DNA from: Promethearchaeota archaeon
Lineage (GTDB): Archaea; Asgardarchaeota; Lokiarchaeia; Sigyniarchaeales; SOKP01
Reading direction: 5' to 3'
DNA length: 56,179 bases
NCBI GenBank assembly: GCA_048938025.1
Contig: JBHLMP010000023.1
Location: 1 to 56,179 of the forward strand
The notes beneath the pieces were generated by a model. It did not search any database, had not been told where the DNA came from, and saw only the letters and a program-made list of their open reading frames with translations. Positions 41,150 to 51,990 of the stretch are shown here, in pieces (the stretch's first letter is position 1; each line of letters opens with the position of its first letter). A program made the translations under genes and the position numbers.

Positions 41150-41551
41150 ATGTCTGAAATAGAAATAATTATTGATGAGTTATTAAATGAAGAACAAAAT
41201 ATCTTTGGGATTGCAATTTTAAATAAAGATGGTATTTTGCTTACTCAAACTGAAAACTGGGATATTTCTAATGATCTTGCTCAAATTAATGAGTTGCTTA
41301 ATACTAAACTAGAGCTTGGTCAGAAAGGAATAACAAGTATTACTATTCAGGCTATAAAATATATGATCGTAGAAAACACAGAAGAAAGAAAAATAGGAAC
41401 GAATATAACAGGACAAGGACATATTATTATTTGTCCTATTCCAATCGGGGGAACAGGAGCATTAATTTGCTATATAAATCCAAAAGTGGGACCTCGAGAT
41501 ACCTTATTTGTTGCGCAAGAGTATGCCCAAAAACTTACCAATTTTGTTTAA
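41150..41551 (+). CDS. Profilin (Lokiarchaeia type)
   Basis: GIAILNKDG...TQTENW...IKYMIVENTEERKIGTNITGQGH...GPRD closely matches Loki profilin as I recall it. Start ATG 41147 or 41150. Confidence 0.9.
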   Translation: MSEIEIIIDELLNEEQNIFGIAILNKDGILLTQTENWDISNDLAQINELLNTKLELGQKGITSITIQAIKYMIVENTEERKIGTNITGQGHIIICPIPIGGTGALICYINPKVGPRDTLFVAQEYAQKLTNFV

Positions 41552-41726
41552 TTTCTTAATTTTTTCTTATTATAATGAATTCCAGAATTTAGTTATTAAA
41601 TTTCTTTATGAATTTTTTGTTTTTTATATTTCTAATTCCTTAGAATTATTTGAAAAATCTATATATTCAAAGGATAGTTATTATACAGTCCAACAGACTA
41701 CATTAAAACTCGAAGGTTTAATTTAG

Positions 41727-41766
41727 AAATTCTATGACTTTCTTAATTAAAATTCTATGACTTTCT
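41727..41766 (+). repeat. 17-bp direct repeat pair (AAATTCTATGACTTTCT)
   Basis: Exact copies at 41727-41743 and 41750-41766. Confidence 0.8.
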
Positions 41767-41986
41767 GAAAAAAGTTCTAAAAACAGTATTTTTCTCTTAA
41801 ATGATTTATAATCTTTTTGATAATTTTATTATTAAAAGGTAATTTTATCTTTTTTTTAGTAAATAGAATTTCAATAGATCTTCATCCAAAAAAAATAAAA
41901 ACAGAAATAACTGTTTATTAATCATTATCTAAAATATATTTAGAAAACCAAGGGTAGAAATATAACATACTCAATATATTCGAATA

Positions 41987-44900
41987 ATGATAGAGGAAAC
42001 AGAAGTATCTCTCTTAGAAAGAGCACAGGTTGAGGAAAAAAATTATAATTGGGTGGAAGTAGTAAGATTATACGATACTCTTGTTAAATCTTATTTAGAC
42101 AACGAATCGGCTATTAAATTAGCGGAGGTATATAAAAAACTTGGTTACGCTTACTTTAGAGCAGCAGAGAATTCAGAAATCTCAGAAGAATTTCTAGAAA
42201 GATATAAAAATTGTATTAAAGCTTATGAAGAAGCTGCCGATATTTATAAACAAACCGAAATCAAAGCTGAAGAATTGGATTGCATGGCGAATGCTTTCTT
42301 CTACAAAGGATTTATAGAAAGTTCTCTAAAGGATGCAAAAAATTCTTGCTACAAAGCTTATGAACTTTTCTTTGAGTCAAGCGAGATTTATTCTAAGGAA
42401 AATAACCAAGAAAGTTTTGTGAGAGCCTTAAGTAGAGCTGCATTGGCTTTAAGTCTAACTACAGCTCTTACCAACAACCATAATGAAATTCAGCAATTTA
42501 TTAAAAAAGGAAGAAAAATTGCAAAGAAAGCTTGGAGACTTTCAAAAACAGTTGGCAGTATTCCATCCATTGCCGAATCATTGTGGGCTGACAATTTATT
42601 TGCATGTTGTGAAACTTTTACGACAGATTTTAAATTGAATGAAAACTGGGAGGTGTATATCAAGGAATTACTTTACAGGGTTGACGAAAGTTTAAAATTT
42701 GCCGAAAATTGTGATGACTATAGATTCCGTGGATTAATTTACGCTCTAGTCGGTGATTGTTATGGTTTATATGGAGTTCAGTTTGTTGAGGATGAAATAA
42801 TACAAAGGAAGACCATTAATAAGGGATTAAAATTACTCGAAAAGGGCTTACAATTTGCTAAAAAAGCAAAAGATAAACAAATTATACTTTGGTCATTGTT
42901 TTGGTTGGATTGGTGGGCATGGCTTGGAGGAAGGTATGATTACATTCAAAAGAGAATAGTCACTGATCTTAATGAATTTATAAAAATAGGAGAAATATAT
43001 GGAAACTCATATAATATTTTAATTCGGTATGCGTTTGTATGGCCTGCCCTCTATTATAGCAATTTTGCGCAGAGAAGTTTTTTCACTCCAGCTCAGAGAA
43101 AAATCCATGCTAAACAAGGGATAAAATATGCCAAAGAATCTATGAAGATTTTTCCAATCTCATTTTGGGCTCCAATGTCATATCAGGTAATGACTTGGTC
43201 ATACTCGCAATTAACGATTCTGACTAAAAAAAAGGATGAGCAAGGTAAATATGCACAGAAAATGCTGCATTACGCAAAGCAAGCTGAAATAATTTCTAAA
43301 AAATACAATGGAGGAGGTTCTCGAGCTGCTGGCTATTCATCTTTATACAAAGCTTACAAAACACTTGCTGAAATTAATGAAAATAAAGAAGAAAAAATTA
43401 AAATGCTATCAGCTGCCGTAGATGCATCTAAAATGAGCATCGGACACGCTATAGAATCCCGAACGGGCACAATAGCAGCTTTTTTGCGGTTAGCACTCCT
43501 CTATGAAGAACTTAGTCTCGTAAGCGGAGAATTAGATTCGTTAATGGAAGCTAAAGAGATTTTACTAAATGTTAATAAGGAAAGCATTGATAGAAGATAC
43601 AATTCATTCACAGCCGCTTCACACGAATATATTGCACGCATAGAAGATCGACTGGGCAATCACACGGCTTCTGCGGAACACTATAAAAGAGCTCAAAAAG
43701 CTTACGGAAAGTCACTCGAAACCATTGAATACAAACCCTTGAAAAAACGGGTTAATGAAAAAATTGAATATGCCCATGCTTGGAATCTAATCGAAAAGGC
43801 AAAATCATACAATAAAAGAGAAAGTCACTTAGAAGCTAAAGAATGCTACGAAAAAGCGTGTGGAATTCTAAAAAGAATACCAAGATACAATTACGAAGCA
43901 CTCTACTTTTCTGCATGGATATCACAAGAGGAAGCAGAGCATCTCAGTAAACAAGAAAAATATAATGAAGCCATTGAGGGTTTTGAAAAAACTAAAAAAA
44001 TCTTTTATAACGCTATAAAGACGCTAGAAAAATCCTTCATGCAATCTAAAGATAAAATTGAAAAAGAAAGAATCAAGAAACTCGAGAATATAGCCAAAAT
44101 AAGGATGAATTATTGCTCAGCCAGAATAAACCTTGAAAAAGCAAAGATCTTAGGAAAAAAAGGAGAACATATTGATGCTGCAGAAAAATTTTCCTCAGCA
44201 GCTTCTCAAATTAGAGATATTTGCACTTTATTTATAATTAAACGAGAACGAGAGGAACTTAAAGCAGTTTATTATCTCTGTAAAGCCTGGGAGAATATGG
44301 AATTCGCTGAAAATTATTTAGAACCAGAAAGATATGCAGAAGCAGCAGATCTTTTCTCAAAAGCAAGCCAAACCTTTCCTGATAATAAAATGAAATTGCT
44401 AGCGTCTGGAAATTGTGCTTTCTGTAATGCTTTAAAACTAGGATGTAAATTTGATGAGTCTTATGACTCAGAAACTAAAGTAAAATTGTATCCAAACATT
44501 AAAGCAATGTTAAGAGGAGCTGCAACTTCTTATGAGAAGGGAGGTTTTAAAAATGGTGCAAATTGGGCTATAGCTACTTCTACTTATTTTGATGGTGTAT
44601 GGCATATAATTAAAGCAGATGAAGAGATGGAATTAAAAGAGAAAGAAAGACTTTTTAAATTAGGAGAGCAAATTCTAAAATCAACAGCAGATCTTTTCGG
44701 TAAAGCAGGTTACGAAGATAAACAAAATGAAGTATTGAATCGTATTAGATTGATTGAAAAGGAAGAAAAGATTTTGTTTTCTGCTTTAAATTCAATTAAA
44801 AGACCTGAGATTTCTGGAAGTACAACTGGTATAATTGCTCCGGCTTGTCCTATAGAAATCAGTCAATCTCCTAGATTAAGTGAAGTACGCCAAATCACAG

Positions 44901-45817
44901 ATAATATATTAAGAAGATTTGTAGAAGAGAAAACTGAAAGGAAAAAATATGAAATAATATACACAGATTTTCTTAAGCAGGACTTAAAAATCCAAAAAAG
45001 TCAATTTAGAATAGGTATTGCTCAAATTGGTTTATCAAAAACTGGTGAAATTATAACAGAATTTTTTGAAGAGAAATCTTCTGGTCTGTTGGGATTTAAA
45101 AAAGATAAACTAAAAACTATGATAAGTAAAGTTAAAAAAATGGTTGATAATGCTGGTAAACATAAAATTAATGTTCTACTTTTTCCAGAAATGACTATAG
45201 ATTTAAACTATATAGAATTTTTGGAAGAGATATCAAATCTCGCAAAGAAATATAATATGTATATCATTCCAGGTTCCTATCACGACCAAGAAACAAAACA
45301 AAATATAAGTATGGTTATCTCTCCTGAAAGAGTTCTATGGAAACAAGAAAAACATATTCCAGCTATAATTCACTTTAAAGATAAAAAAATTAAAGAAGCT
45401 ATAGAAACCACCTCAAGACCTCGAAAAATACTAGTCTGTAATACTGAATACGGAAGAATTGTTATCGCTATATGTCGAGACTTTTTAGATATGGATTTAA
45501 GAGTAGAATTAAAGAATTTCGAACCTGCTGTAGATATAATTTTAAATCCGGCATTTACTCCTGTAACCGCTGACTTTAAAGCAGCTCATTTTGATGCACG
45601 TAGATCTATATATGCTTACTGCTTCTTCGCCAATGTCGCTGAATTTGGTGATTCGCTAATCTATACCCCCGAGAAAGATCGTACTGAAAGAAACGTTCCA
45701 GTAAAAGAAGAAAGCTTGATATATAAAGATATTGACATCTTTAAATTACGTTCAGAGCGCAAAAAATGGGAAAAAGAGCAAAATAGAGAAAGATTGTTTA
45801 TTCAAAGCACAAGATAG
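41987..45817 (+). CDS. Large TPR-like repeat protein with a C-terminal nitrilase/carbon-nitrogen hydrolase domain
   Basis: About 930 aa of Ala/Tyr-rich helical repeats, then RIGIAQI, LLFPEM (Glu), IIPGS, QEKHIP (Lys), IAICRD (Cys). Confidence 0.85.
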   Translation: MIEETEVSLLERAQVEEKNYNWVEVVRLYDTLVKSYLDNESAIKLAEVYKKLGYAYFRAAENSEISEEFLERYKNCIKAYEEAADIYKQTEIKAEELDCMANAFFYKGFIESSLKDAKNSCYKAYELFFESSEIYSKENNQESFVRALSRAALALSLTTALTNNHNEIQQFIKKGRKIAKKAWRLSKTVGSIPSIAESLWADNLFACCETFTTDFKLNENWEVYIKELLYRVDESLKFAENCDDYRFRGLIYALVGDCYGLYGVQFVEDEIIQRKTINKGLKLLEKGLQFAKKAKDKQIILWSLFWLDWWAWLGGRYDYIQKRIVTDLNEFIKIGEIYGNSYNILIRYAFVWPALYYSNFAQRSFFTPAQRKIHAKQGIKYAKESMKIFPISFWAPMSYQVMTWSYSQLTILTKKKDEQGKYAQKMLHYAKQAEIISKKYNGGGSRAAGYSSLYKAYKTLAEINENKEEKIKMLSAAVDASKMSIGHAIESRTGTIAAFLRLALLYEELSLVSGELDSLMEAKEILLNVNKESIDRRYNSFTAASHEYIARIEDRLGNHTASAEHYKRAQKAYGKSLETIEYKPLKKRVNEKIEYAHAWNLIEKAKSYNKRESHLEAKECYEKACGILKRIPRYNYEALYFSAWISQEEAEHLSKQEKYNEAIEGFEKTKKIFYNAIKTLEKSFMQSKDKIEKERIKKLENIAKIRMNYCSARINLEKAKILGKKGEHIDAAEKFSSAASQIRDICTLFIIKREREELKAVYYLCKAWENMEFAENYLEPERYAEAADLFSKASQTFPDNKMKLLASGNCAFCNALKLGCKFDESYDSETKVKLYPNIKAMLRGAATSYEKGGFKNGANWAIATSTYFDGVWHIIKADEEMELKEKERLFKLGEQILKSTADLFGKAGYEDKQNEVLNRIRLIEKEEKILFSALNSIKRPEISGSTTGIIAPACPIEISQSPRLSEVRQITDNILRRFVEEKTERKKYEIIYTDFLKQDLKIQKSQFRIGIAQIGLSKTGEIITEFFEEKSSGLLGFKKDKLKTMISKVKKMVDNAGKHKINVLLFPEMTIDLNYIEFLEEISNLAKKYNMYIIPGSYHDQETKQNISMVISPERVLWKQEKHIPAIIHFKDKKIKEAIETTSRPRKILVCNTEYGRIVIAICRDFLDMDLRVELKNFEPAVDIILNPAFTPVTADFKAAHFDARRSIYAYCFFANVAEFGDSLIYTPEKDRTERNVPVKEESLIYKDIDIFKLRSERKKWEKEQNRERLFIQSTR

Positions 45818-45918
45818 GAGATTTCGATTTCCTAACTTAAAGAAATGTAAAAAAACAAAAGATGAATTAACTAATTATTAATTATTCCTATAAGTTAATA
45901 CGATATATTGAGGACGAT

Positions 45919-45996
45919 ATAAACCCCCAACCAGATCCAAGAGATACACTCTTTAATGTCCAAGAATAGCCTAAAAAACTAACAGATTTATTTTAA
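45919..45996 (+). pseudogene. Displaced, degenerate copy of the profilin 3' end
   Basis: INPQPDPRDTLFNVQE*PKKLTDLF* is colinear with profilin 41474-41551 INPKVGPRDTLFVAQEYAQKLTNFV* (14/25 aa identical, same stop position). Confidence 0.85.
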
Positions 45997-46013
45997 TTTA
46001 TTTTACATTTTTC

Positions 46014-47132
46014 TTATTGTATTGAAGTCCAGTAATTAGTTAATAAGTTTTTTAATGAATTTTTTATCTTAATTATGTCATCAATTTTACTCTTTTCTAA
46101 GAAATCAATGTTCTCAAAATTGGGTGGTTTATATTCTTCATTTAACAGTGCATTTATAACAGCATGGACACAGAAAGGTAATGCTATTAAATTATAGCCA
46201 CCTTCTAAAACAAATACTAATTTGCCCTGGCATATATCATCTGCTATTTTTAAAATTCTCTTAGTGAATTTGTAATAAGAATTAGATGTTAAATTACAGT
46301 TTCCTATTGGATCTGAGAAATGCATATCAAATCCAGCTGCAATAATTATTAGATCAGGGCAAAATTCATTTAATATAGGTTCAAGAATATCCATAAATTC
46401 TAAAAATATATCATCTGTACAGTACCTTGGTATTGGAAAGTTAATACTTTTGCCTAGACCATCACCCTCACCTAATTCATTTATAAACCCTATTTCTCCC
46501 TCTACAAAATCAAATTCATGAATAGAAAAATAAAGAACACTTGGGTCATCATAAAAATATTGTACTAATCCATCACCAAAATGACTATCTATATCAATAA
46601 TAGCAATTTTTTTTTTATAATTGATTTTTTCCCGTAAAAATATAATTGAATTTGCTATATTATTAAATATACAAAATCCAGAAGCTTTTTCTCTCAAAGC
46701 ATGGTGTCCTGGTGGTCTTATAAGAGCGAAAGATTGATTTATATCTTGATTTATTACACTCTCAATAGCTTGTATAGTACCACCAATTGCTTTTTTTGCG
46801 AGTAAAAATGTGTCTTCTGTGATATAGATTTCTTCACCAAGAAAGCCACTGCCTAAATTTGAGAGATTTTTAATAGAATCAATATGATATTTTGTATGAG
46901 CCAAGTTTATTATCGATTCATCAATTAGTTTAGGTTTCAATTTAATTATCATCTCATTTTCAAAAATTTTTCTATTTTCAAAATGAGTCAAAATAGATTT
47001 GATCCTAAGAGGAGTTTCGTAAGAAAGAAAGATTGGATGTGGATATGGGGGAATATTCTTCGAAGCAAAGTCGTCATCGACAACAATTCCAATTTTATTA
47101 TTCTTTAGCATATTAACATTAACAATATTCAA
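46014..47132 (-). CDS. Histone deacetylase family (Zn-dependent deacetylase)
   Basis: RPPGHHA, GFCIFNN, DIDSHFGDG, AGFD, EGGY. Confidence 0.93.
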   Translation of the reverse strand: MNIVNVNMLKNNKIGIVVDDDFASKNIPPYPHPIFLSYETPLRIKSILTHFENRKIFENEMIIKLKPKLIDESIINLAHTKYHIDSIKNLSNLGSGFLGEEIYITEDTFLLAKKAIGGTIQAIESVINQDINQSFALIRPPGHHALREKASGFCIFNNIANSIIFLREKINYKKKIAIIDIDSHFGDGLVQYFYDDPSVLYFSIHEFDFVEGEIGFINELGEGDGLGKSINFPIPRYCTDDIFLEFMDILEPILNEFCPDLIIIAAGFDMHFSDPIGNCNLTSNSYYKFTKRILKIADDICQGKLVFVLEGGYNLIALPFCVHAVINALLNEEYKPPNFENIDFLEKSKIDDIIKIKNSLKNLLTNYWTSIQ

Positions 47133-47211
47133 AAATAACTAAATTATTATATTAAAATTTGCATACTTTATTTTAAATACATTTTATTTAATAAAAAAAT
47201 ACATGTGAATA

Positions 47212-49434
47212 ATGATGAATGCTCCTGAAATTTTGTTTATTACATATATAAATGCAATTCCAATTTTAATTTTATTAATACCCTACTTCTTAATTCGAAA
47301 AAAAGCTATAAGAAACCTATATCTTAGAATTTATGTTGGAATTTTAGTTTTTTATTTGATATACTGGGTTCTTCCAATAATTTATCAAATAAAACTAGAT
47401 CCTGAAGAATTAGAAAGCCAAAATGATGTAGTTGGATTAGGATATATGTTTTCTCATTTAGGGTCGTTAATATCTTTATTTGCCTATTACCCCTTAGTTA
47501 CATTACCGTTCATTTTTTTTGTTGCTCCTTTTTTATCGATTTTTTATGTTTGGAATCGGTTAAGAAAAGAAGAAGGATCAATTAAATTCAACTTAACACT
47601 ATTAACTTACCAGTTAAGTGACAGTCCTTATAAACTTATTCGAGAAGAATTAATAAAAAATAATTGGGCTAGGGAGAAAGAGATACTAAAGTTAATGATT
47701 GTACTTTTGCCTATATCACTTTATCTCTTACAAGTGATTTTAACTGTGACAGGAAAAGAAAGTGATCCAGTGCTTACCGGCGAAACACCATTAGGGTGGT
47801 TTCTTGAAATTCTGTTTGTTTATCTCGCAATCTTCATCTTAAGCATAGAGTTAATTTATATCTCACAAATCACATTAAAAGGTCGATATATTGGAGAGGA
47901 TATGAGAAGAGATACATACAAAAGTCTTTATTCAGTAGGAGCACCGATATCGATTTTATCTATCTTATTATTTATTGTCCAATATACAGATTCAATTCCA
48001 GTAATGCTTTATTTCTTCGCATATTTTATAATGGCTTCAATAATTTTCGTTTTGTTCCTTAATATCTTTGAACCAATAGCTCTTCTCATCTTTATTAAAA
48101 TATTAGATTGGTGGAAACATAAAAAAGAAAAAATTAGAAAAACAAATTTTACAAACTTTTATTATGGAATAGTATTTAGTTTTTTGGCAGTATTCCTATT
48201 TCTACTTTTAAATATGATCGCATTTAATCCCATGTACCTTATTTCATTCGAAGATCCTGATTCTATTATTGATTCAGGAAAATTCATTCCTGATATTGTA
48301 GATCCAACTCTTAGAAACTCAATTCTATTTGATTCGATGGTAATTTTCAATTTTTTTGCTTTACAACTTGTACCTTTAATTATAATAATTATCTTTTTGG
48401 TTTATACCTTGAAATATTTAAAAAGTCTATTCTTAAGTTTCACTTCATTTTTACCAATAATAATCCTATTTTCCATACTATTTGGGCTTCTACAAGCACC
48501 AGCTTTGATTAACTTTGCTCCAGAAGAATACTGGATAACAGGTCAAACAAGTTTTTTTAACATATTTGGATTCAACTTTTATACTTTTAGAACAGCTGCT
48601 TTAGATGCTAATCTATCTGGTTTATTAGGTTTTTTGGCAATTCCTTATCTCTTTACAAGGTATGTGTTCAATATAATAATTTGGGGTTTGATAGTCTTTT
48701 ATCTTAAAAAGGATTTTAGAAGTATTAAGTTTCCAATTGATGAAAGCCGAATAGAAAGTACAATATTTGCCTCAGTTGGCGATTTTATCACTTATAAAGA
48801 TTATACTGAAGAAGAAATTCCATATCTAATTACGAAAAAACCAGATATAGTTTTGAAGGATATTGAACAAGAACGAGAAGAAATTAAGGATTTATTGAAT
48901 ATTTTGGAAAAGGACACATTATTAGAACAGCTTAAACCAGAAGATGAAAATGAAAAAAAGAGACTTTTCTTTACTCTTAAATATCTCTTTTTTAATAATT
49001 TTATAAGTATCTGGAAACCTGAATTTTCTTTTACATATGAAAGAGTAGAAAAACAAGGATTATATATCATTTATGATGATGGTCGGGGAATATTTAATTA
49101 TCCTTTTGTTAGAGAAACTGTCCAAGATCCAGGGCTAGTATCTGGTATGTTTTCAGCAATTACTTCATTCATTAAAGAAATGACTAAATCTACCGAAGTA
49201 TTAAAAAAAATTGACCATGGCGACATTACAATTCTTTTAGAATATGGTCAACGTATTTTTGGCGCTCTCTTTATAAAGGGAAATGAAAGTGCAGAAGTAA
49301 GAGGACATTTAAAAGATTTTGTCAAAACTTTTGAAGAAAAATATTCAGAAATACTCAAAGATTGGAGTGGTGCTCTCATTTACTTTAAAGACGATGCCAA
49401 ATTAGTAGAAGATATATTTAAAGAAGAAGAATAA
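47212..49434 (+). CDS. Polytopic membrane protein with a C-terminal longin-like domain
   Basis: About 10-11 TM, then GLYIIYDDGRGIF...QDPGLVSGMFSAITSFIKE...KIDHGDITILLEYG. Confidence 0.8.
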   Translation: MMNAPEILFITYINAIPILILLIPYFLIRKKAIRNLYLRIYVGILVFYLIYWVLPIIYQIKLDPEELESQNDVVGLGYMFSHLGSLISLFAYYPLVTLPFIFFVAPFLSIFYVWNRLRKEEGSIKFNLTLLTYQLSDSPYKLIREELIKNNWAREKEILKLMIVLLPISLYLLQVILTVTGKESDPVLTGETPLGWFLEILFVYLAIFILSIELIYISQITLKGRYIGEDMRRDTYKSLYSVGAPISILSILLFIVQYTDSIPVMLYFFAYFIMASIIFVLFLNIFEPIALLIFIKILDWWKHKKEKIRKTNFTNFYYGIVFSFLAVFLFLLLNMIAFNPMYLISFEDPDSIIDSGKFIPDIVDPTLRNSILFDSMVIFNFFALQLVPLIIIIIFLVYTLKYLKSLFLSFTSFLPIIILFSILFGLLQAPALINFAPEEYWITGQTSFFNIFGFNFYTFRTAALDANLSGLLGFLAIPYLFTRYVFNIIIWGLIVFYLKKDFRSIKFPIDESRIESTIFASVGDFITYKDYTEEEIPYLITKKPDIVLKDIEQEREEIKDLLNILEKDTLLEQLKPEDENEKKRLFFTLKYLFFNNFISIWKPEFSFTYERVEKQGLYIIYDDGRGIFNYPFVRETVQDPGLVSGMFSAITSFIKEMTKSTEVLKKIDHGDITILLEYGQRIFGALFIKGNESAEVRGHLKDFVKTFEEKYSEILKDWSGALIYFKDDAKLVEDIFKEEE

Positions 49435-49463
49435 AATATTTTTTTTCTAATTTAATTCAATAT

Positions 49464-49655
49464 TTATTCTGTAATTGTTTCTGTTGCCCAACCTTTCCCG
49501 AGAGGCAAATGCTGATCTGGTTTTATTTTTGGATATATAAAAGACATCTATTCAACGCCAGTATCATGATCGCTATATTCTATATGAGGTGCCATTATCG
49601 GCATTTCACCTAAAGTTTCATTGTAAATTGGCACAGATAAATCAATAAATTTCAA
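49464..49655 (-). pseudogene. 5' fragment of a cyclase/kynurenine-formamidase-like gene
   Basis: GAGG then TTG; KFIDLSVPI...PHIEYSDHDTGVE*...LPLGKGWATETIT. Internal TAG at 49550-49548; truncated before the HxGTHxD motif. Confidence 0.65.
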
Positions 49656-49784
49656 TTCAAAGTTCCTCTAACTTTCTAAATATATGCTAAGTTTGGTTGA
49701 GATCATTATTAAATGTTATTCTATTAAAGAAAGATACAAAAGTATTGAGAAACAAGTAATAAATTAAAAAAAAAAAGAATTTAA

Positions 49785-51836
49785 TTAAATAAGTCCTTCT
49801 AATTCATTTATTAGATCTAAAATTTCAGAACATGCTAGGGAAACTTCTGTATCCCTCGCAATCCGCTCTATTATATTTATCAGAATTTTCAAAAACCGTA
49901 AGCTATTCACAGGGATAGGTTCATTGTTTGAATGTAAGTCAATTAAATTATTAACAAGAATTGATGCAGAAAATAGCATTGTTTTGCATATATTTTTTCG
50001 TGGTCCCTCCACATTATTATTTATAAGGATCTCTAAATCATAAAAAGAATCTAGAATTTCATTTAGAATGTCTCCAATTGGATCCTCTGGAGGTATTTCC
50101 CATTGACATAAGTAAAAGGATTGTATATTTAATGGATTAGCTATAAAACCTGTTAGATATTTCGACATCGCGTAATATCTCTTACCTACTGAAATCCAAG
50201 CAAAGAAGTAGAGTTCTTCTACTAACTTTCGTTGAATTTCATCATAAATTGGTTGTCTGGCAAAATAATCGCCTGTTGTTTCTCCTTCAAGCATTAATTC
50301 CTCTAATTCCTCATCATAGGTATTAACTGAAAATGTTGATCTGCTACTGTACAAAGGGGTAATATAATTCTCTGGATCGGGATAATCAGGAGCCCATCCA
50401 AGCATGTACATGGGGATTTGTCTTTTATCACTAATGATACAATTAATAAGAGAGTTGAATGGGATCTGCACTACTGGGGCATCAATCCCTAGATATCTCA
50501 GGTTATCCGAAATAGATAAGGCAAGATCTCTTCGGAAGGTACCTTCCGTTTGGGCAGTAATATTCCAATGTTGCGTTCCTGGCCAACCTCCACTATCTGC
50601 TACCGCAAGCCATTCTTCATCAGTAATAAAGTCATCACCAAATCCCATAGATTGCATTATCGACTGAGCATAGGCACGGTCAAACACAGGATAATTAAAT
50701 CCATAGTTGGACATGGAGATACCTCTAGGGATTGGAGATTTCAATCTACTTGCCTTTCCTAACAATATTTCATCAATCAAATATGAATAGTTTATCGCAT
50801 ATGAGATTGCTTTCCTGAAAGTAGTGTTAACCATTTCACCATTAAATCCCATATGGTTACTAACAACAGTCTCTTCCTCTATTACAGTAATATCGGGATG
50901 AGTTCTGAAGGTATCAATCATAGAATCAAGAACGCTATCTATGAAGTGTATTGACCCCTCCAATAACGCATCATTCAATTCTGCCTGATTAAGATAAATT
51001 TTGAATATCATTTTTTCAATATCAGCAATATGCACTTTGTCCCAGTAATCTTCATATTTTGTAAAATTTACTTCTTGGTCAAGTTCATATCCATCATAAA
51101 TAAAAGGACCTGTTCCTACTAGATCTCCTGTATTTGTATCGATGTAACTATGCAACGGAGTAGACTCCGTGGAAACCATATATGCCCCCATATATGTATG
51201 ATGACATAGAAGTGATAAAAAGGATCCTTTTACTTCCCTTAATACAATTTTAACTGTATACTCATCAGGAGTTTCAATGTGGTCAATAATCGGTTCACCT
51301 ATAGAAGTTTTAAATAAGTTACTTAATTGAGTGACGGGCACATTAGCATCGAGTGCTACATTCCAAGGCTCTGGTAGCCAACTATTTCCAGACCAATTTA
51401 AAAAGTGCATTAACCGATATAAATTCCATTCAACAGAACTCGCATTAAATTTTGATCCATCATGAAATGTAACCTCTGTTTCCAGAGGAATTGTCAAACT
51501 CAATCCATCAGGAGAGAAGGTGGGAAATGCTGCTGCTAAGTGTGGAATTATAGAACAAGAAGGATCTGAAATATTAAATTGATACAGAGTTTCACATACT
51601 TGGTCAATTACTTTCAGCGAAATTGAATCATAGGCATAATGTGGATCAAGATCACTAGGACCAGCAATTAAACCGACTTTGAATGGAGCTTCAGAAGCAT
51701 TCAACCCCGTATCCCTCATTTCATTGCTTTCACTATAATTTACCTTAGGTATTCCACTAAAAAACATGGAAACTCCAAAATTGATTAATAGAATCAAAAT
51801 ATAAATTCTTACTTTTGATTTTAGTTTTGTTTTCAT
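49785..51836 (-). CDS. ABC substrate-binding protein, family 5 (peptide/nickel), with an extra C-terminal helical region
   Basis: SDLDPHYAYD, VTFHDGSKFNA, GTGPF, FRKAISYAINY, GWAPDYPDP. Confidence 0.9.
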   Translation of the reverse strand: MKTKLKSKVRIYILILLINFGVSMFFSGIPKVNYSESNEMRDTGLNASEAPFKVGLIAGPSDLDPHYAYDSISLKVIDQVCETLYQFNISDPSCSIIPHLAAAFPTFSPDGLSLTIPLETEVTFHDGSKFNASSVEWNLYRLMHFLNWSGNSWLPEPWNVALDANVPVTQLSNLFKTSIGEPIIDHIETPDEYTVKIVLREVKGSFLSLLCHHTYMGAYMVSTESTPLHSYIDTNTGDLVGTGPFIYDGYELDQEVNFTKYEDYWDKVHIADIEKMIFKIYLNQAELNDALLEGSIHFIDSVLDSMIDTFRTHPDITVIEEETVVSNHMGFNGEMVNTTFRKAISYAINYSYLIDEILLGKASRLKSPIPRGISMSNYGFNYPVFDRAYAQSIMQSMGFGDDFITDEEWLAVADSGGWPGTQHWNITAQTEGTFRRDLALSISDNLRYLGIDAPVVQIPFNSLINCIISDKRQIPMYMLGWAPDYPDPENYITPLYSSRSTFSVNTYDEELEELMLEGETTGDYFARQPIYDEIQRKLVEELYFFAWISVGKRYYAMSKYLTGFIANPLNIQSFYLCQWEIPPEDPIGDILNEILDSFYDLEILINNNVEGPRKNICKTMLFSASILVNNLIDLHSNNEPIPVNSLRFLKILINIIERIARDTEVSLACSEILDLINELEGLI

Positions 51837-51990
51837 TTTTCTTCAAAACTTTTTAGTTAAATAAAATTGGATTTGTTTTTTGATAAAGAAGTATTATTAT
51901 CAATTAATATTTAAATTTTTAGTAAATTATTGTAAAAACACATTTTAAGGTTTTAAAGATCAAACATTTACTTTGGTTATAAAGGTGGGA

